DNA of 63,108 bases, counting the filler, from Trichomonas gallinae (lineage: Eukaryota): the NCBI GenBank assembly GCA_008369845.1. It is 8 parts of 8 records of this genome, joined end to end, with 100 filler letters (N's around TTAATTAATTAA, not from the genome) between each part and the next. Parts side by side here need not be neighbours in the genome. Positions count along the whole stretch, not along the records: positions 1 to 15,259 come from MRSU01000739.1; 7 more parts are not named here. The stretch is one strand, 5' to 3'. Shown one piece after another: positions 1 to 11,206 of the stretch (positions are counted from its first letter, which is position 1; each line of letters opens with the position of its first letter). Position numbers and translations under genes: made by a program. Under the pieces are notes generated by a model, which ran no database searches, had not been told where the DNA came from, and was given only the letters and a program-made list of their open reading frames with translations.

Positions 1-999
1 TTGTTGAACAACCCAATCTACACATACTTGAGAGTCATGTACCAGAACAACGCATCATTGATTCCAAAGACATTCAAGGGCGTCAGAATCAGCGACGACA
101 ACAGAAACATCGCCGAGTTCGTCAACGAGCACACAAGCGGAATCTGCGTCTACATCCACGACAGCTTCTCCAAGTTGCTCGGATTCGACATTTCTCTCAC
201 AAAGCTTATCGACGTCTTCTTCAGAGCAGATATCTTCAAGCCAACAAAGACAGCTCCACAGGCTGCTTTGGACTTCGAGAGCCTTGGAAAGTTCGCTAAC
301 AAGCTGACATTATTCGGCATCGAAATCACAAACAACGTCCATGTCAAGGCCGACAAGTTGTCACTCGATGTCTCCTTGCCAGTTGCCGCTGACTTCACAA
401 TCTCCCCATTGTCAACAGACATGAGAGGCGAGTACAGCTTCCACAGCTCCAATGACATCATTCATAAAGTCCACTATTCGATCAAGTCCGCTCTCGGCGC
501 AAAGATCTCTGGCATGCTCACAGATCTTGAGTCAGAAGGGCCAGTCGATTTGCATGACATCCTTTCAACACAGGTTGCCGTTGCTTTCTCGACACCAGAC
601 CACACAATTATCCCAGTTCTCAACTTCTTAGACGACAAGTCCTCTAGCGGCATCGCATCATACAAGTTGGATGTCCATGATGCATCAAAGATGCAATCCG
701 GAAACTACAAGATCATCACAAACACAATGGCTCAGATTCCATCCACATCTGTCAACCTCATCAATCTTCCAAAGGACGGAAAGTACTCAACTGAGTTCAA
801 GGACAAGAATGTCATTATGGTTGTCGATGTTCCATCAGCTGATGGCCAACACGGCGGCAAGGTTCTCACAATCGTTGCTGGCTGTGTCGGCGCAGTTGTC
901 GCTCTCGTCGTCATCGTTGTCGTTGCTATCTGCTGCGTCAAGAGAAGGAAGCACGACTTACAGGTCAGCACAGAGCCACTCGTCACACAGGGCATCTAA
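1..999 (+). CDS. Single-pass type I membrane/surface protein, 5'-partial (frame open at window start)
   Basis: Open frame from position 1 to TAA at 997-999. C-terminal TM helix IVAGCVGAVVALVVIVVVAICCV, basic stop-transfer KRRK and a short tail. Strong C-ending codon bias. TAAA overlaps the stop. Confidence 0.8.
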   Translation: MLNNPIYTYLRVMYQNNASLIPKTFKGVRISDDNRNIAEFVNEHTSGICVYIHDSFSKLLGFDISLTKLIDVFFRADIFKPTKTAPQAALDFESLGKFANKLTLFGIEITNNVHVKADKLSLDVSLPVAADFTISPLSTDMRGEYSFHSSNDIIHKVHYSIKSALGAKISGMLTDLESEGPVDLHDILSTQVAVAFSTPDHTIIPVLNFLDDKSSSGIASYKLDVHDASKMQSGNYKIITNTMAQIPSTSVNLINLPKDGKYSTEFKDKNVIMVVDVPSADGQHGGKVLTIVAGCVGAVVALVVIVVVAICCVKRRKHDLQVSTEPLVTQGI

Positions 1000-2348
1000 A
1001 TTAGTCTTAAAATTTGATTCTTTTCCTAACTTTATTTTTTATGAAAGAGCACATGAATCTAATCGAATAATTTACTATGTATAATTGATTTATCAATATT
1101 TTATCGGTTAATGCTCATTTTTGGAAAAAATCTATTCTTGATTTCAGCAGAAAAACTTGATTGTTGAATTTTGTATGAGCTATTTTTGATATATAGCAAG
1201 TATATAGTTTAAGTCTTATATATTTACTATCTGAACACAATAAATTATTCAATTATTAGTACATTTTTTATAATAATAGGATATGAGCTATGGTTATGCT
1301 TTATTAACAATAAATTTGCCTATTGTTGCTTCAATCTTGTCATTTTTTGTTATTTTGCTCATGCTGATATCGAAATGATATGTATATAGAAACTATCATT
1401 AATGAATGATTATTTAGACTAGTAACTCGAAGAGGAAAATATTGACACAAAAAAACAAAACGAAAAATCATCACAAAAATAAGTCGCAAAATCATGGTTG
1501 ATAAAATCTAATGTTTTCGAGGGTTTGTATAGCAATTTATTATAAGAATACGATAATCTGCATGAATATTATCTAAAATTGGAGATTGAACACATTCCTG
1601 ATTGAAAAAAAAATGAAAAATGATTAAATCCGAAGAAACAACAGCGCAAATCGGTTATTTGTGCAGAACTTTAGCGATATGCCGACCAATTTTCTCTTTA
1701 GAACTGTAAATAAAATTTCGAATTCGAAAACTTTATTGTTTTAATTCCAAAAACTCTTATCCTTATTAATCGCATCACCAAAGTTTAGCTACAAAAACAA
1801 AGAGATTCGAATGAGTGGATAAGGATCAATCTTTAAAATTGACGGACAATCCGACAATATTCGAATTCATATCTATTATACATATTATAGTAAAAAGATA
1901 TATATCAACTTTTAAAAATTACATGTCAAAAATATTTTTTATTTGACAAAATAAAATATTTTAGATAAAAATCTAATTCTATACTAAAAATAAAGATTAA
2001 TGTTAATTAATTACGTGTCAAAAATATTTTTACTTGACAAAATAAAATATTTTTTATTCAATTTTTTTTGTGATAAAAATCTAATTCCGCAAACGTATAA
2101 TCATCACGTACCTATTTAATGGTATAAACGATGGTTAAACAACTCTCCACATTTTTGTTAATACTCACAAAAATCCATTCAATTTTTTGATAACGTGCTT
2201 GCATTTTATTGCTTTATTTTCTCACTAGATTCATTATTCACTGTGTTTGAATAAAATTTTGCGTGAATCGAATTTGACAATTTGTTTTATATATGATTAT
2301 ATATCATTATTTAATCATAATCAATTTGACAGATTTACATATAAAATA

Positions 2349-3440
2349 ATGAATCTAGGCTTTCTGTTTTGTTTGTCTCTTCTTCATCTAAAGAGCAAGA
2401 CAAACGACAGGCGCGATATAAATGGTATCACTGAGTATTCGGATGATCCCACTGATAACAAAAACATTGAACCCGGAAGCTATTCGATATTTATTTCCGA
2501 TCAAACGACATTTGCAGTAAGCGCAGGACGGTTCATTGTATTTCATCCATTTAGGAACTCTAAAACGATCTCAGCTGTGGTTTCGTCAGGCAAATCGAAA
2601 CAAAATATTCTCGGTTCCACGAAATATTATGCAGTACACTTCCGAACAGACGGTGAAATCACACTAGATTCTGACCACGGCTCATCTTACTTATTTATGA
2701 CTGTATTCGACATTACAAAAACTGGAAATGGATGCGATGACTATTATGTCTCAGTTGGAAATATAACAGTTACTAGTGTAAGCAATGGATTATCATATAA
2801 TACATCGAAAGCTTACAATTTTGAAATCAAAAAGGATCGACAGTACTGTATACTTTACGGGTTTGTCCCAGACACCGCAATATTCAACATCGAGTTCAAC
2901 AGTGCTGCTAAAGTTACCGTTTTCGACACTTCTGGGTCAAAATGCGCTGAAAAGAATATGAGTCATCCTGTGATCGTAAGGACATCAATGGCAACTGCAG
3001 ATAATACTAGGTTCCACAATGCAATCTATTTTATATCATCAGTAAAAGATAAAAATTATCCATATTTCTCAGGTTTGCTTTCTGCAGCCGCTGACTCCGA
3101 TTATATGTATGCCACGATTGATTCGCGCAATATGTACATTGTTATAGTCACATGCTCAATTTTGACGTCGATTGTAATTTTGGCAATTGTAGGTGCGATA
3201 TATTACATGTTTTTCTATAACAGGATGTTGTTCACCAACAAATCTGAAAGTAACGAAGTCAAATCTATTCCAACAGAGCAAGAAGAAGATAAAATTATCG
3301 AAGACTTTATTGAGAACTCAAAGATTGTATATGGCTACGATAATGGTTCAAGCGTTGATATAAGAGACTTCAGCGACGACCAAAAGTCTAATTCTTCGAA
3401 GGTGCTGAAAAACAATCCTTATGATGATTCAGAGCTTTAG
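2349..3440 (+). CDS. Hypothetical type I membrane protein
   Basis: ATG at 2349 gives a signal-like MNLGFLFCLSLLHL (the track start at 2247 is TTG). TM segment IVIVTCSILTSIVILAIVGAIYYMFF, then an acidic tail. Confidence 0.75.
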   Translation: MNLGFLFCLSLLHLKSKTNDRRDINGITEYSDDPTDNKNIEPGSYSIFISDQTTFAVSAGRFIVFHPFRNSKTISAVVSSGKSKQNILGSTKYYAVHFRTDGEITLDSDHGSSYLFMTVFDITKTGNGCDDYYVSVGNITVTSVSNGLSYNTSKAYNFEIKKDRQYCILYGFVPDTAIFNIEFNSAAKVTVFDTSGSKCAEKNMSHPVIVRTSMATADNTRFHNAIYFISSVKDKNYPYFSGLLSAAADSDYMYATIDSRNMYIVIVTCSILTSIVILAIVGAIYYMFFYNRMLFTNKSESNEVKSIPTEQEEDKIIEDFIENSKIVYGYDNGSSVDIRDFSDDQKSNSSKVLKNNPYDDSEL

Positions 3441-3707
3441 AGAGAAACTAAGGCTCCTCATTCTTTTAAATTTTTGTTTGTATTTAAATAATATAATGTT
3501 TATTTTATTTTTTTCATATAATTCCAATAATCCAATTATTACAATATATATTTCATATTTTGAGAGTGTTTGAAGCATCACCCAAACACATACAACAAAT
3601 AGAACACTGCATTATTATTTGTTTTTTTAATAATCAGTCTCATAGTTGAAATCTGAAATATTTAATTTCACGTATCAATGGATATGCTATATGTATCGGA
3701 TTTACTT

Positions 3708-4100
3708 TGATCGCGATTCCACAAGTAAAGATATGATTATGATCTCGTCTTCTCTTCAATTTCATATACGAAATTACATATAAATTGTTTCATGAAAAAT
3801 AGAAAATGATTTTCCGCATATATATTTTTTTGATTAGGTTATCATAAGTAAAAATACGATTTGAATTTTGTTTTTTCATCATGTTAATATATGAAATTAC
3901 ATATAAATAGTTTCAAGACAAATAAAAAAGGAATTTTGTATTTAATATTCTTCGATTGGGTTATCATAAGGAAAGATACGATCTGAATTCTGTCTTTTTC
4001 CTCATATTTATATATGAAAATGTACATAAATAGTTTCGTGGGTAAATGCAAGGTATAGTTCGCATAGTTTCTTCTCTGGTTATATTATCACAAGTCTAGA
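3708..4100. repeat. Diverged tandem repeat, about 122-bp period, about 3 copies
   Basis: GATTAGGTTATCATAAGTAAAAATACGATTTGAATT (3832) and GATTGGGTTATCATAAGGAAAGATACGATCTGAATT (3954). A weaker copy starts near 3710 and a partial fourth near 4077. Confidence 0.75.
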
Positions 4101-4163
4101 TAAGAATGAAAAAAGTAATATGACATGTAAATTATTTTTGTCAAAAAAGGAGGCAAGATTTTG

Positions 4164-4170
4164 TCACTTT
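4164..4170 (+). promoter_or_regulatory. Initiator (Inr) element of TRM1
   Basis: TCACTTT immediately upstream of ATG 4172. Matches the trichomonad Inr TCA(C/T)(T/A). Confidence 0.7.
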
Positions 4171-4171
4171 T

Positions 4172-5587
4172 ATGGGTGTCGGTGCAAGCGAACCAGAAGT
4201 CAAAGCTCTTATTCAAGAAGGCGATGCAAAGATATATTTTCCTCCTACAGTCGACCCATCCGAAGTATTTTACAATCCTGTTCAGAATTTTAATCGCGAT
4301 ATAACTTGTTTAGTTCTTCAAGCTTATAATAACATGGTAAACAAGCCAACAAACTTATTTGAAGCATTTGCTGCAACAGGTCTTCGCTCAATTCGTTATG
4401 CTCGCGAAGTTACTGGCTTCGAATCAATTACTGCAAATGATATTGATTCTAGCGCAGTTTCTGTTATCAATAGGAACATCAAATTAAACAATGTCTCCGA
4501 TATAGTCAAGTCATCGCTCGGAGATGCGAATGATGTGATGAATTCGCATAAGAATGAATTTCAAATCATCGATCTTGACCCATACTCAACAGTTTCGATC
4601 TTTTTGGATGCTGCCATCCAAGCTGCCGCTGATGGCGCCCTTCTCTGCGTAACAAGTACGGATGGAAGAACATTATGCGGACAACAGCAAGAAGTTTCAT
4701 ATGGATGGTATAATGTTATGGTTCTCAATACAGAATTTTGCCATGAAATTGGTATAAGAACACTTTTAACTTTGATCAAAAATATTGCAGCGAGATATAA
4801 GAAGACAATTGAGCCTCTCATTTCTTTAGCAGCTAATTTCTACTTCAGAGTATTCGTAAGAGTCCACAGCAAGTCTAACGAGACAAAATTACTCGCATAT
4901 CATAATGCAATGCTTTTATTCTCACAAGAGACACGTCTCTTCTGGCTACAGCCTCTCGGACGCGATATGACAAAGGATACAAACATTTCTGTCAAACCAG
5001 CACAAATTACAGTTCCTTCGTTCACAGATCCTTATACAGGCGGCCCACTTCAACTTGGAGGTCCAATTTATACAGGCCCACTCCATAACAAAGAGTTCGT
5101 CCAGAAACTGCTCGATTTGCTTCCAACAATGAAATTCTTTAATACAACGCCAAGAATTCAAGCTGTTCTCAATTCATGCATCAGAGAGCTTGATGTGCCT
5201 TTCTACTATGATATTTCCGTCTTCACAGGCATCATTCACAGCTCTACACCGTCAAGAGAAATTGTTATCTCAATTCTTGAGAAAATGGGATATAAAACAT
5301 CAGGAACACACTGCAAGCCTGGTATGCTCAAGACTGATGCTCCAGGAGAGGTTTTATGGGATATTTTAAGAAGATGGTATTTTGAAAACGACAAAAAGAA
5401 GCTTCCAGACGCAGGCACTGCGAGAAGAATTCTCGAGATAAAGAAAGATGATGAATTTGAGATGATGTTTGAGCCAGATCCAGAAGTTAAAGAAAGATTA
5501 AGACAAGAGAAGAAGCTTTGCAAGTTCTATATGAACCCAGAGAAGAATTTTGGTCCAAAGGCAGCCGCCAAAAAGCAAAAGAAGTAA
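4172..5587 (+). CDS. TRM1: tRNA (guanine26-N2,N2)-dimethyltransferase
   Basis: VFYNPVQNFNRD, EAFAATGLRSIRYARE, IDLDPY, LLCVTSTD, HEIGIRTL, FYFRVFVRV, THC..G.LKTDAP, NPEKNFGPK. Confidence 0.95.
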   Translation: MGVGASEPEVKALIQEGDAKIYFPPTVDPSEVFYNPVQNFNRDITCLVLQAYNNMVNKPTNLFEAFAATGLRSIRYAREVTGFESITANDIDSSAVSVINRNIKLNNVSDIVKSSLGDANDVMNSHKNEFQIIDLDPYSTVSIFLDAAIQAAADGALLCVTSTDGRTLCGQQQEVSYGWYNVMVLNTEFCHEIGIRTLLTLIKNIAARYKKTIEPLISLAANFYFRVFVRVHSKSNETKLLAYHNAMLLFSQETRLFWLQPLGRDMTKDTNISVKPAQITVPSFTDPYTGGPLQLGGPIYTGPLHNKEFVQKLLDLLPTMKFFNTTPRIQAVLNSCIRELDVPFYYDISVFTGIIHSSTPSREIVISILEKMGYKTSGTHCKPGMLKTDAPGEVLWDILRRWYFENDKKKLPDAGTARRILEIKKDDEFEMMFEPDPEVKERLRQEKKLCKFYMNPEKNFGPKAAAKKQKK

Positions 5588-5901
5588 TTTATAAATATAA
5601 AAGTCTTTGTTTCATTGAAATATCTAATTTTTCATTTAAAACTTTAATGAAATAAGCTTTTGATTATTAACTTATACAAATAAACTAAAGATTATAGGCA
5701 AATTATTAGTATAACTTGCTTAATTCATTTTATAAAATTTGAATAATATTAAAATGCGAATTAAGACTGTTATTTGTTGAGGAATGTAATCAATTTGATA
5801 TGCTTTGAAGACTGTTACATTGTACAATGTATTGGTCGTATAAAAAAAAAATGAAAAAATTAAAGTGCCGCATTTATAACTGTATTAACTAGTATTAAAA
5901 T

Positions 5902-6696
5902 CTATATCATTTTCTCGCTTCTTTGCAAGACATCACGAACGCGCTCGTTTCCATCATGCCAAACCATCCAGATTCTCATTCCAAACGTCTTGAACAAGAT
6001 GCGAACAAGGTTTCTAAAGTCAATATATGCATTTGCTGTATAATAAAATGATAATTTCTTACCATCAAATTGAAACTCAGCTCCATCTATTGACATTGGC
6101 AATCCTAGCTCGCGGGCCTTTGCTTGGCAGAGTTCCTTAGCTCGTTTCTCTCTTTCTGTCTTAAGAGGAAGCTGAGATATTTCGTGTTGAGATGCTATAC
6201 GCACAATTCCTTTTGAAGCTTTCGATTCCCTTGATGGAGGATACTTTATTTCGTCGACTATCCTGCCAACGTCGTATCCTCTGTCTGCTTCTGTAACAAC
6301 ATAGTCGCCGACGTTAAGATCAGTGTTTTTCGTCCAGTGGTAAAGCTCAGTACGAAATGGATGAAATTGGACTTGATAAAATTTCGAATCAGATGTTATT
6401 GCTTGATTTTCAATGATTTCAGGCTCGTTTGTGGGTTTAGCACCTTCATGATCTTCCATGAAAGACAAAGCAGGTGCAGACTCTGGGAATGGGAAAGGCC
6501 TGTTGTGTTTAGGAACATTCCCAGTATCATAGATGCTCTGAGTGACTTGAGGTTCCGGAGATTTCGGAAAAGTTACTGATGTATAAGGGTATTGGTCATC
6601 CCAAACATCTTTCAATGATGAAGGGAGGAGGTTTAAAACTGTCTGGTACGGTTCTTCGTTAGGATCCTCTGTAAAAAGCTTCCAATCTTGACTCAT
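5902..6696 (-). CDS. PSP1 C-terminal domain protein
   Basis: GDYVVTEADRGYDVG, LPMSIDGAEFQFDGKKLSFYY, IDFRNLVRILFKTFGMRIWM. Confidence 0.9.
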   Translation of the reverse strand: MSQDWKLFTEDPNEEPYQTVLNLLPSSLKDVWDDQYPYTSVTFPKSPEPQVTQSIYDTGNVPKHNRPFPFPESAPALSFMEDHEGAKPTNEPEIIENQAITSDSKFYQVQFHPFRTELYHWTKNTDLNVGDYVVTEADRGYDVGRIVDEIKYPPSRESKASKGIVRIASQHEISQLPLKTEREKRAKELCQAKARELGLPMSIDGAEFQFDGKKLSFYYTANAYIDFRNLVRILFKTFGMRIWMVWHDGNERVRDVLQRSEKMI

Positions 6697-6915
6697 TAGA
6701 TTTTTTTCTCAAAAAATTTGGTGTAAATTTCTCAAAAATATCCTGACAACTAATCGTCCGCCCTCAAAAACATATGCCCTCAATTTTGATTTATCACATA
6801 AACATGCATAATTTGATGTAATTATCAAATTTATTTCGATAATTGATAACTTAGCAAAACTTTCGACTACATCAGAACTACTCTACGTCAACATATTATC
6901 AGTTTCGTCGAAAAA

Positions 6916-7261
6916 AATATTTGTCGATTGGTCACTAATGTTTTTTAGCAAAAATCTGATTTTCGCAAACAATGACATTATTTAACTATTATTACAGTTT
7001 TACGTTGATTCTTTCAAAAATGTCGACTTTACATGGCATATTACATTTCTAAACCGTCACGTAATGCATTTAATTTCTATTAAATTGACATGTATAGTAA
7101 AATATTTGTCGGTTTGTTTTTCATATTTTTTAACCAAAATCTGATATCCAGAAGCAATGATATTTATTTACTATGTTTTCAAAAATATTAACTTTACATG
7201 GCATATTACATTTATCAACTGTCACGTAATGAAAAATATTTCTATGAATATGACATGTAAA
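6916..7261. repeat. Diverged direct duplication (two copies of about 160-185 bp)
   Basis: AATATTTGTCG...AAAATCTGAT...ACTTTACATGGCATATTACATTT...GTCACGTAATG...TGACATGTA occurs at about 6916-7095 and 7101-7261. Confidence 0.75.
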
Positions 7262-7636
7262 ATAATTTACTTGACATAAATTTGTTATATAAATCAACTC
7301 TATTTCAAACTCAAAGCGAATAAATATAAATCTAAATCAACTATTGATGGCATTCGTGCGGCTTTATCACACGAATTTATATGTTTTGGTTTGTCAGACA
7401 CAGCGGATAAGGCCCTCAAAATGTAATTGTCGCATAAGGTTATATTGCTCTTATATTGCTTGCTGAATACAAAGACTTTCTTATATTGGATGCTAAATCG
7501 TTAGAAAAAGGATTTTACTAAGCAAGATATTGTTGAATCATCATTGTAGAACAAAATATCATGAAATTTGATACTGTGACAGAAATCGAATGTTTACATG
7601 TCATAAAGTCAGAAATTTTAAAGACAGATTATTTAA

Positions 7637-8158
7637 ATGAGCAGAAACTTAAATCCACCTCAGCCAGGACAAATTGAAAGAGGTTCAGCGCGTGTACCAG
7701 AAGGACACTTTGAATCTATCGATAGTGCAAAACCCTACGACTTCGAATCCAATTTCATCAAAACAAAAGCTATGGAAGCTGACCCAGAATTCGAATTACC
7801 AAACCTTGGCATTGATCTTCAAACAACATCGCCTCTTTTGCCTTACGTTTACTACATTGGCTCTGATGCTCCATTAGCCGCACGAGGACAATATCCTTCT
7901 TCTATATACTATCCAAATACTCCAGATCCTACAAATATTAGCACAAGAATTAAGCAATTTAACGATTTTATGTTATTATTTATTTTTTATGTTCATGCAA
8001 GGGATAAATTGCAAGTTGAAGCTGCTCAAGAATTATCAAATAGAAAATACGTTTATGATGCCAAAATTAAAGTTTGGTCAAATCCAAGTGGACAGATTTT
8101 CGACATACATAGCTGGTCATTCATCGACCCAACTTTATATGGAAAATTACCACGTTAG
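7637..8158 (+). CDS. NOT2/NOT3/NOT5 (NOT-box) domain protein
   Basis: LGIDL..., RIKQFNDFMLLFIFY....D.LQ..AAQEL..R.Y.Y....KVW, IFD..SW. Confidence 0.85.
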   Translation: MSRNLNPPQPGQIERGSARVPEGHFESIDSAKPYDFESNFIKTKAMEADPEFELPNLGIDLQTTSPLLPYVYYIGSDAPLAARGQYPSSIYYPNTPDPTNISTRIKQFNDFMLLFIFYVHARDKLQVEAAQELSNRKYVYDAKIKVWSNPSGQIFDIHSWSFIDPTLYGKLPR

Positions 8159-9361
8159 ATTCTTGTTCATATTATAAAAATTGTTACAAATATAGATTAA
8201 TTATTCAAATTATTTTTATCATTGATAAAATAATGTGATAACAATAAGATACGCAGCTATATGACTCATAACCATATTTTAATGCTGTGTTTTAATGCAC
8301 TATACTCTAATAAATGAAAATGTTTAGATTATTTAAAGATTATTATAACTAAAATATATGATTTCACACATAAAGCAGAGCAATGTGTTTCAATAATGCA
8401 TATTTCAAAGCAAAATGTCTAACTATTTTCCATATATTTTATTCAAAATCTAAAATAAAAGATTCATGACTTCTATCATTTTCAAAATTCATATATTATC
8501 AAATATAGGCCCATTTTATTCAATTCACAGAGCAAGCACACATGTAAATATTCTATAGCAATTCATAATAAATAAATGATATTTATGGAACATATATATC
8601 TTATAGAATTTATGATATCGTTTTAAAGCTATAAATATCATGGAAGTCAAAATCAAAAAAATCCGAAGTCGCGTTTCATAAAAATAATCATTACATATTT
8701 GAAATACAATCGAGTATCGCACAAGATGTTTAGAGTATCAGTATCAGCAATGACCAAGCACGTATGTAATGAATCATTTACATATTTAGCACTTTTGAAT
8801 AAGAAAGAAAATTATCGAAAAGTGACAAATGTAAAAACACAAATACAGTAAACAATACAATACTCATTAAAAATTTCAGGTTTTTCGAAAAATAACGTAC
8901 TTTTCTTGACACTTTTCGGATTGAGGTACGTTATTGTCAAAAAATCGAATCTGACACATTTAACGATTAATGATTCTTTTATTCCTATCATTTATACGAA
9001 CATTTATTTTGCATTATTTTGACAGGAATCTTGAGAATTTACAAAACAATCCACAAAAAATAACATATTAATAATACTCGGTTATGCCATATGCTACATT
9101 ACTTTTAGTGACATATATTTCGAATGGTATTTATTATTTCAGAGCTTTATTTATCTCAATTTCAATCTCAAATTACACCAAATCTTCAATATTTTCCCTG
9201 TTTGTTAACATAAACATAATATTCTAATGATATATGTTATAATAGTATCAATTGAAATGGGTGTTGTCGGTGAAAAAATATGAACGAACTTGAAACTGCC
9301 ACAAAATTTTTACACATTCAAAAATTGTGAGTAGCATAAAAGTGAAAAAAAAAAATAAGGA

Positions 9362-10834
9362 ATGTTAAGGGTTTCACGTTCGAAGCCATTAATATTCACG
9401 CCTAAGAAAGCGAAACCGATTTTGCCGGTCTCGAAGCCGGCACGACAATCATATTCATCTGATTTCCTTTTAAAGAATCAATCAACCTGGAGAATAGTGA
9501 AATCTAATGCAAAAAAGGTACTTGATGATGACAACATTGAGGCGATAACTAAAACTGTTATACAATATTACACATTGCGTGATTTGGCAACGAAAAAATT
9601 GATTGTCAAAAGTCAGCCCTTAGAAAAAAGCCAAGTAAGTGAAATTCCATCTCTCTTCATACGCAAGTGCAATTCATGCTGCGGTTTTTGCGATTTTTCA
9701 GTTGATGAGAATGATTACGCTTTGAAAGTATTGAAAACAACATTAATTACCGAATTAATTGATGCCATTCAGTCCGCTAAGATCGCAAAAGTACTAACAA
9801 TTGAATGTATCCAAACATATTTCAAGACATTCGCAATCAATATATTTAGGCCAATAGTTCAGATCCCAATTTTAACGGATATAGATAACGCTTATGATCT
9901 TGAGTGGACACACTTACGAGTTTTCTATGATAGCTTTACAAAATTCATGTATAATGAAACAATTCGCCCTAATTTCATATTAAATCAATTGGATGACCAA
10001 TTTATTCATAGTCTATTCCAATGCATACGATTCCCTGATAAGCGAGAGCAGAAATGCGCATGCGAACTCCTTCTTGCTATGGCAGAAAGATTTCCAACTC
10101 TTGGAAGAGCATTTTTAATCGAAATTGAGCGTTATTTAAGCACAGCTATCTATGATGAGTACACTAGAAACTCATTAAAAACGTTTTTAGACTTTTTCGC
10201 AGAATGGATAACAATATATAAAGGTAGAGAATGGCTCTCATTTTTCTCACACCATGTATTACCTTTAACTATCCTTCAGAACTTCTCTGCCTTCGAGAAG
10301 AGCTTTACAGGCTTAGTTTGCCTCTTTATAAGAAAAAATAAGTTATTAGTTGATGTTTATTTAGATCATATATTCAAACATTGGCCGGTTACTTCCCCTG
10401 CCAAGGGTAAGCTATATCTGACCTCACTTCAGACTGTTGTCGAGAATTTTTCTCGAAATATTTCAACATATATTTTTACACGGCTTGCGCTGCATATTTC
10501 TTTATTATATAATGATTGCACAAGTTCCTTATCACAGTGTTCCTTCAAATTCTCTCAATCTGCCACTTTTCTTCAATTATTGATGAATGTATGGAATGAA
10601 ATTGGCCCTGAAGTTTATAAAAACGCCAAAACATCGCATTCATCTCATTGGAACCACGAAACTAGAGAATTGGCTTCTCAGTTCATTGTTTCCCTTGAAA
10701 ACATTGATAATGAGATTTCGAAAAAGGAGATTCTCAATAATCAATTGAAGAGAGAAAGCATATGGAAGCAGATCCAAGGAATTGCTGAAATTAACACAAA
10801 TGATAAGTTCCTCTTTGTCAATCAGTTCATATAG
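9362..10834 (+). CDS. PP2A regulatory B56 (B') family subunit, divergent
   Basis: LFIRKCNSCCGFCDFS, INIFRP, EWTHLRVFY, FPDKREQ, FKHWPVTSPAK, HWN. Confidence 0.85.
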   Translation: MLRVSRSKPLIFTPKKAKPILPVSKPARQSYSSDFLLKNQSTWRIVKSNAKKVLDDDNIEAITKTVIQYYTLRDLATKKLIVKSQPLEKSQVSEIPSLFIRKCNSCCGFCDFSVDENDYALKVLKTTLITELIDAIQSAKIAKVLTIECIQTYFKTFAINIFRPIVQIPILTDIDNAYDLEWTHLRVFYDSFTKFMYNETIRPNFILNQLDDQFIHSLFQCIRFPDKREQKCACELLLAMAERFPTLGRAFLIEIERYLSTAIYDEYTRNSLKTFLDFFAEWITIYKGREWLSFFSHHVLPLTILQNFSAFEKSFTGLVCLFIRKNKLLVDVYLDHIFKHWPVTSPAKGKLYLTSLQTVVENFSRNISTYIFTRLALHISLLYNDCTSSLSQCSFKFSQSATFLQLLMNVWNEIGPEVYKNAKTSHSSHWNHETRELASQFIVSLENIDNEISKKEILNNQLKRESIWKQIQGIAEINTNDKFLFVNQFI

Positions 10835-11206
10835 AGTAAATTTTGTTTATGTTTCTATCCTAATTGCAAAACATTCTTTAAATATCATATATAAACATCC
10901 ACATAAATCATATCTATCTTAGCACAAATAAATTCCTAGCTGAAACACAAAATTATATTTAATCTTGAAATAAATAGAGTTTGGAGACTATAAAATGTAA
11001 AACTGAAATCTTCATAACTATGTTAAAATTTATATTGAAACCAAAATATAGATATTCATTAGAAAAATAATTAGGTAAATATCATATCTGAGAATTAAGC
11101 TATTGAAAATAAAGTATTTCATACAGGATACTAGTAAAATCATTTCCTATTAGATTATTACATAAAGTTTTACTCATAAATACAATGTTTATTTTTTCAA
11201 CCATTA

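Noticed and set aside
1402..1603. Coding-like frame interrupted by TAA/TAG, suggesting stop-to-Gln reassignment
   Set aside because: Well-conserved genes here (14-3-3, PACRG, TRM1) end in TAA and have no internal TAR codons. This is more likely a decayed pseudogene.
8525..8722. Short AT-rich ORFs in the track (for example 8525, 15483, 36394, 47273, 58675, 61441)
   Set aside because: Low-complexity I/F/Y/K composition typical of translated intergenic DNA, often with non-ATG starts.
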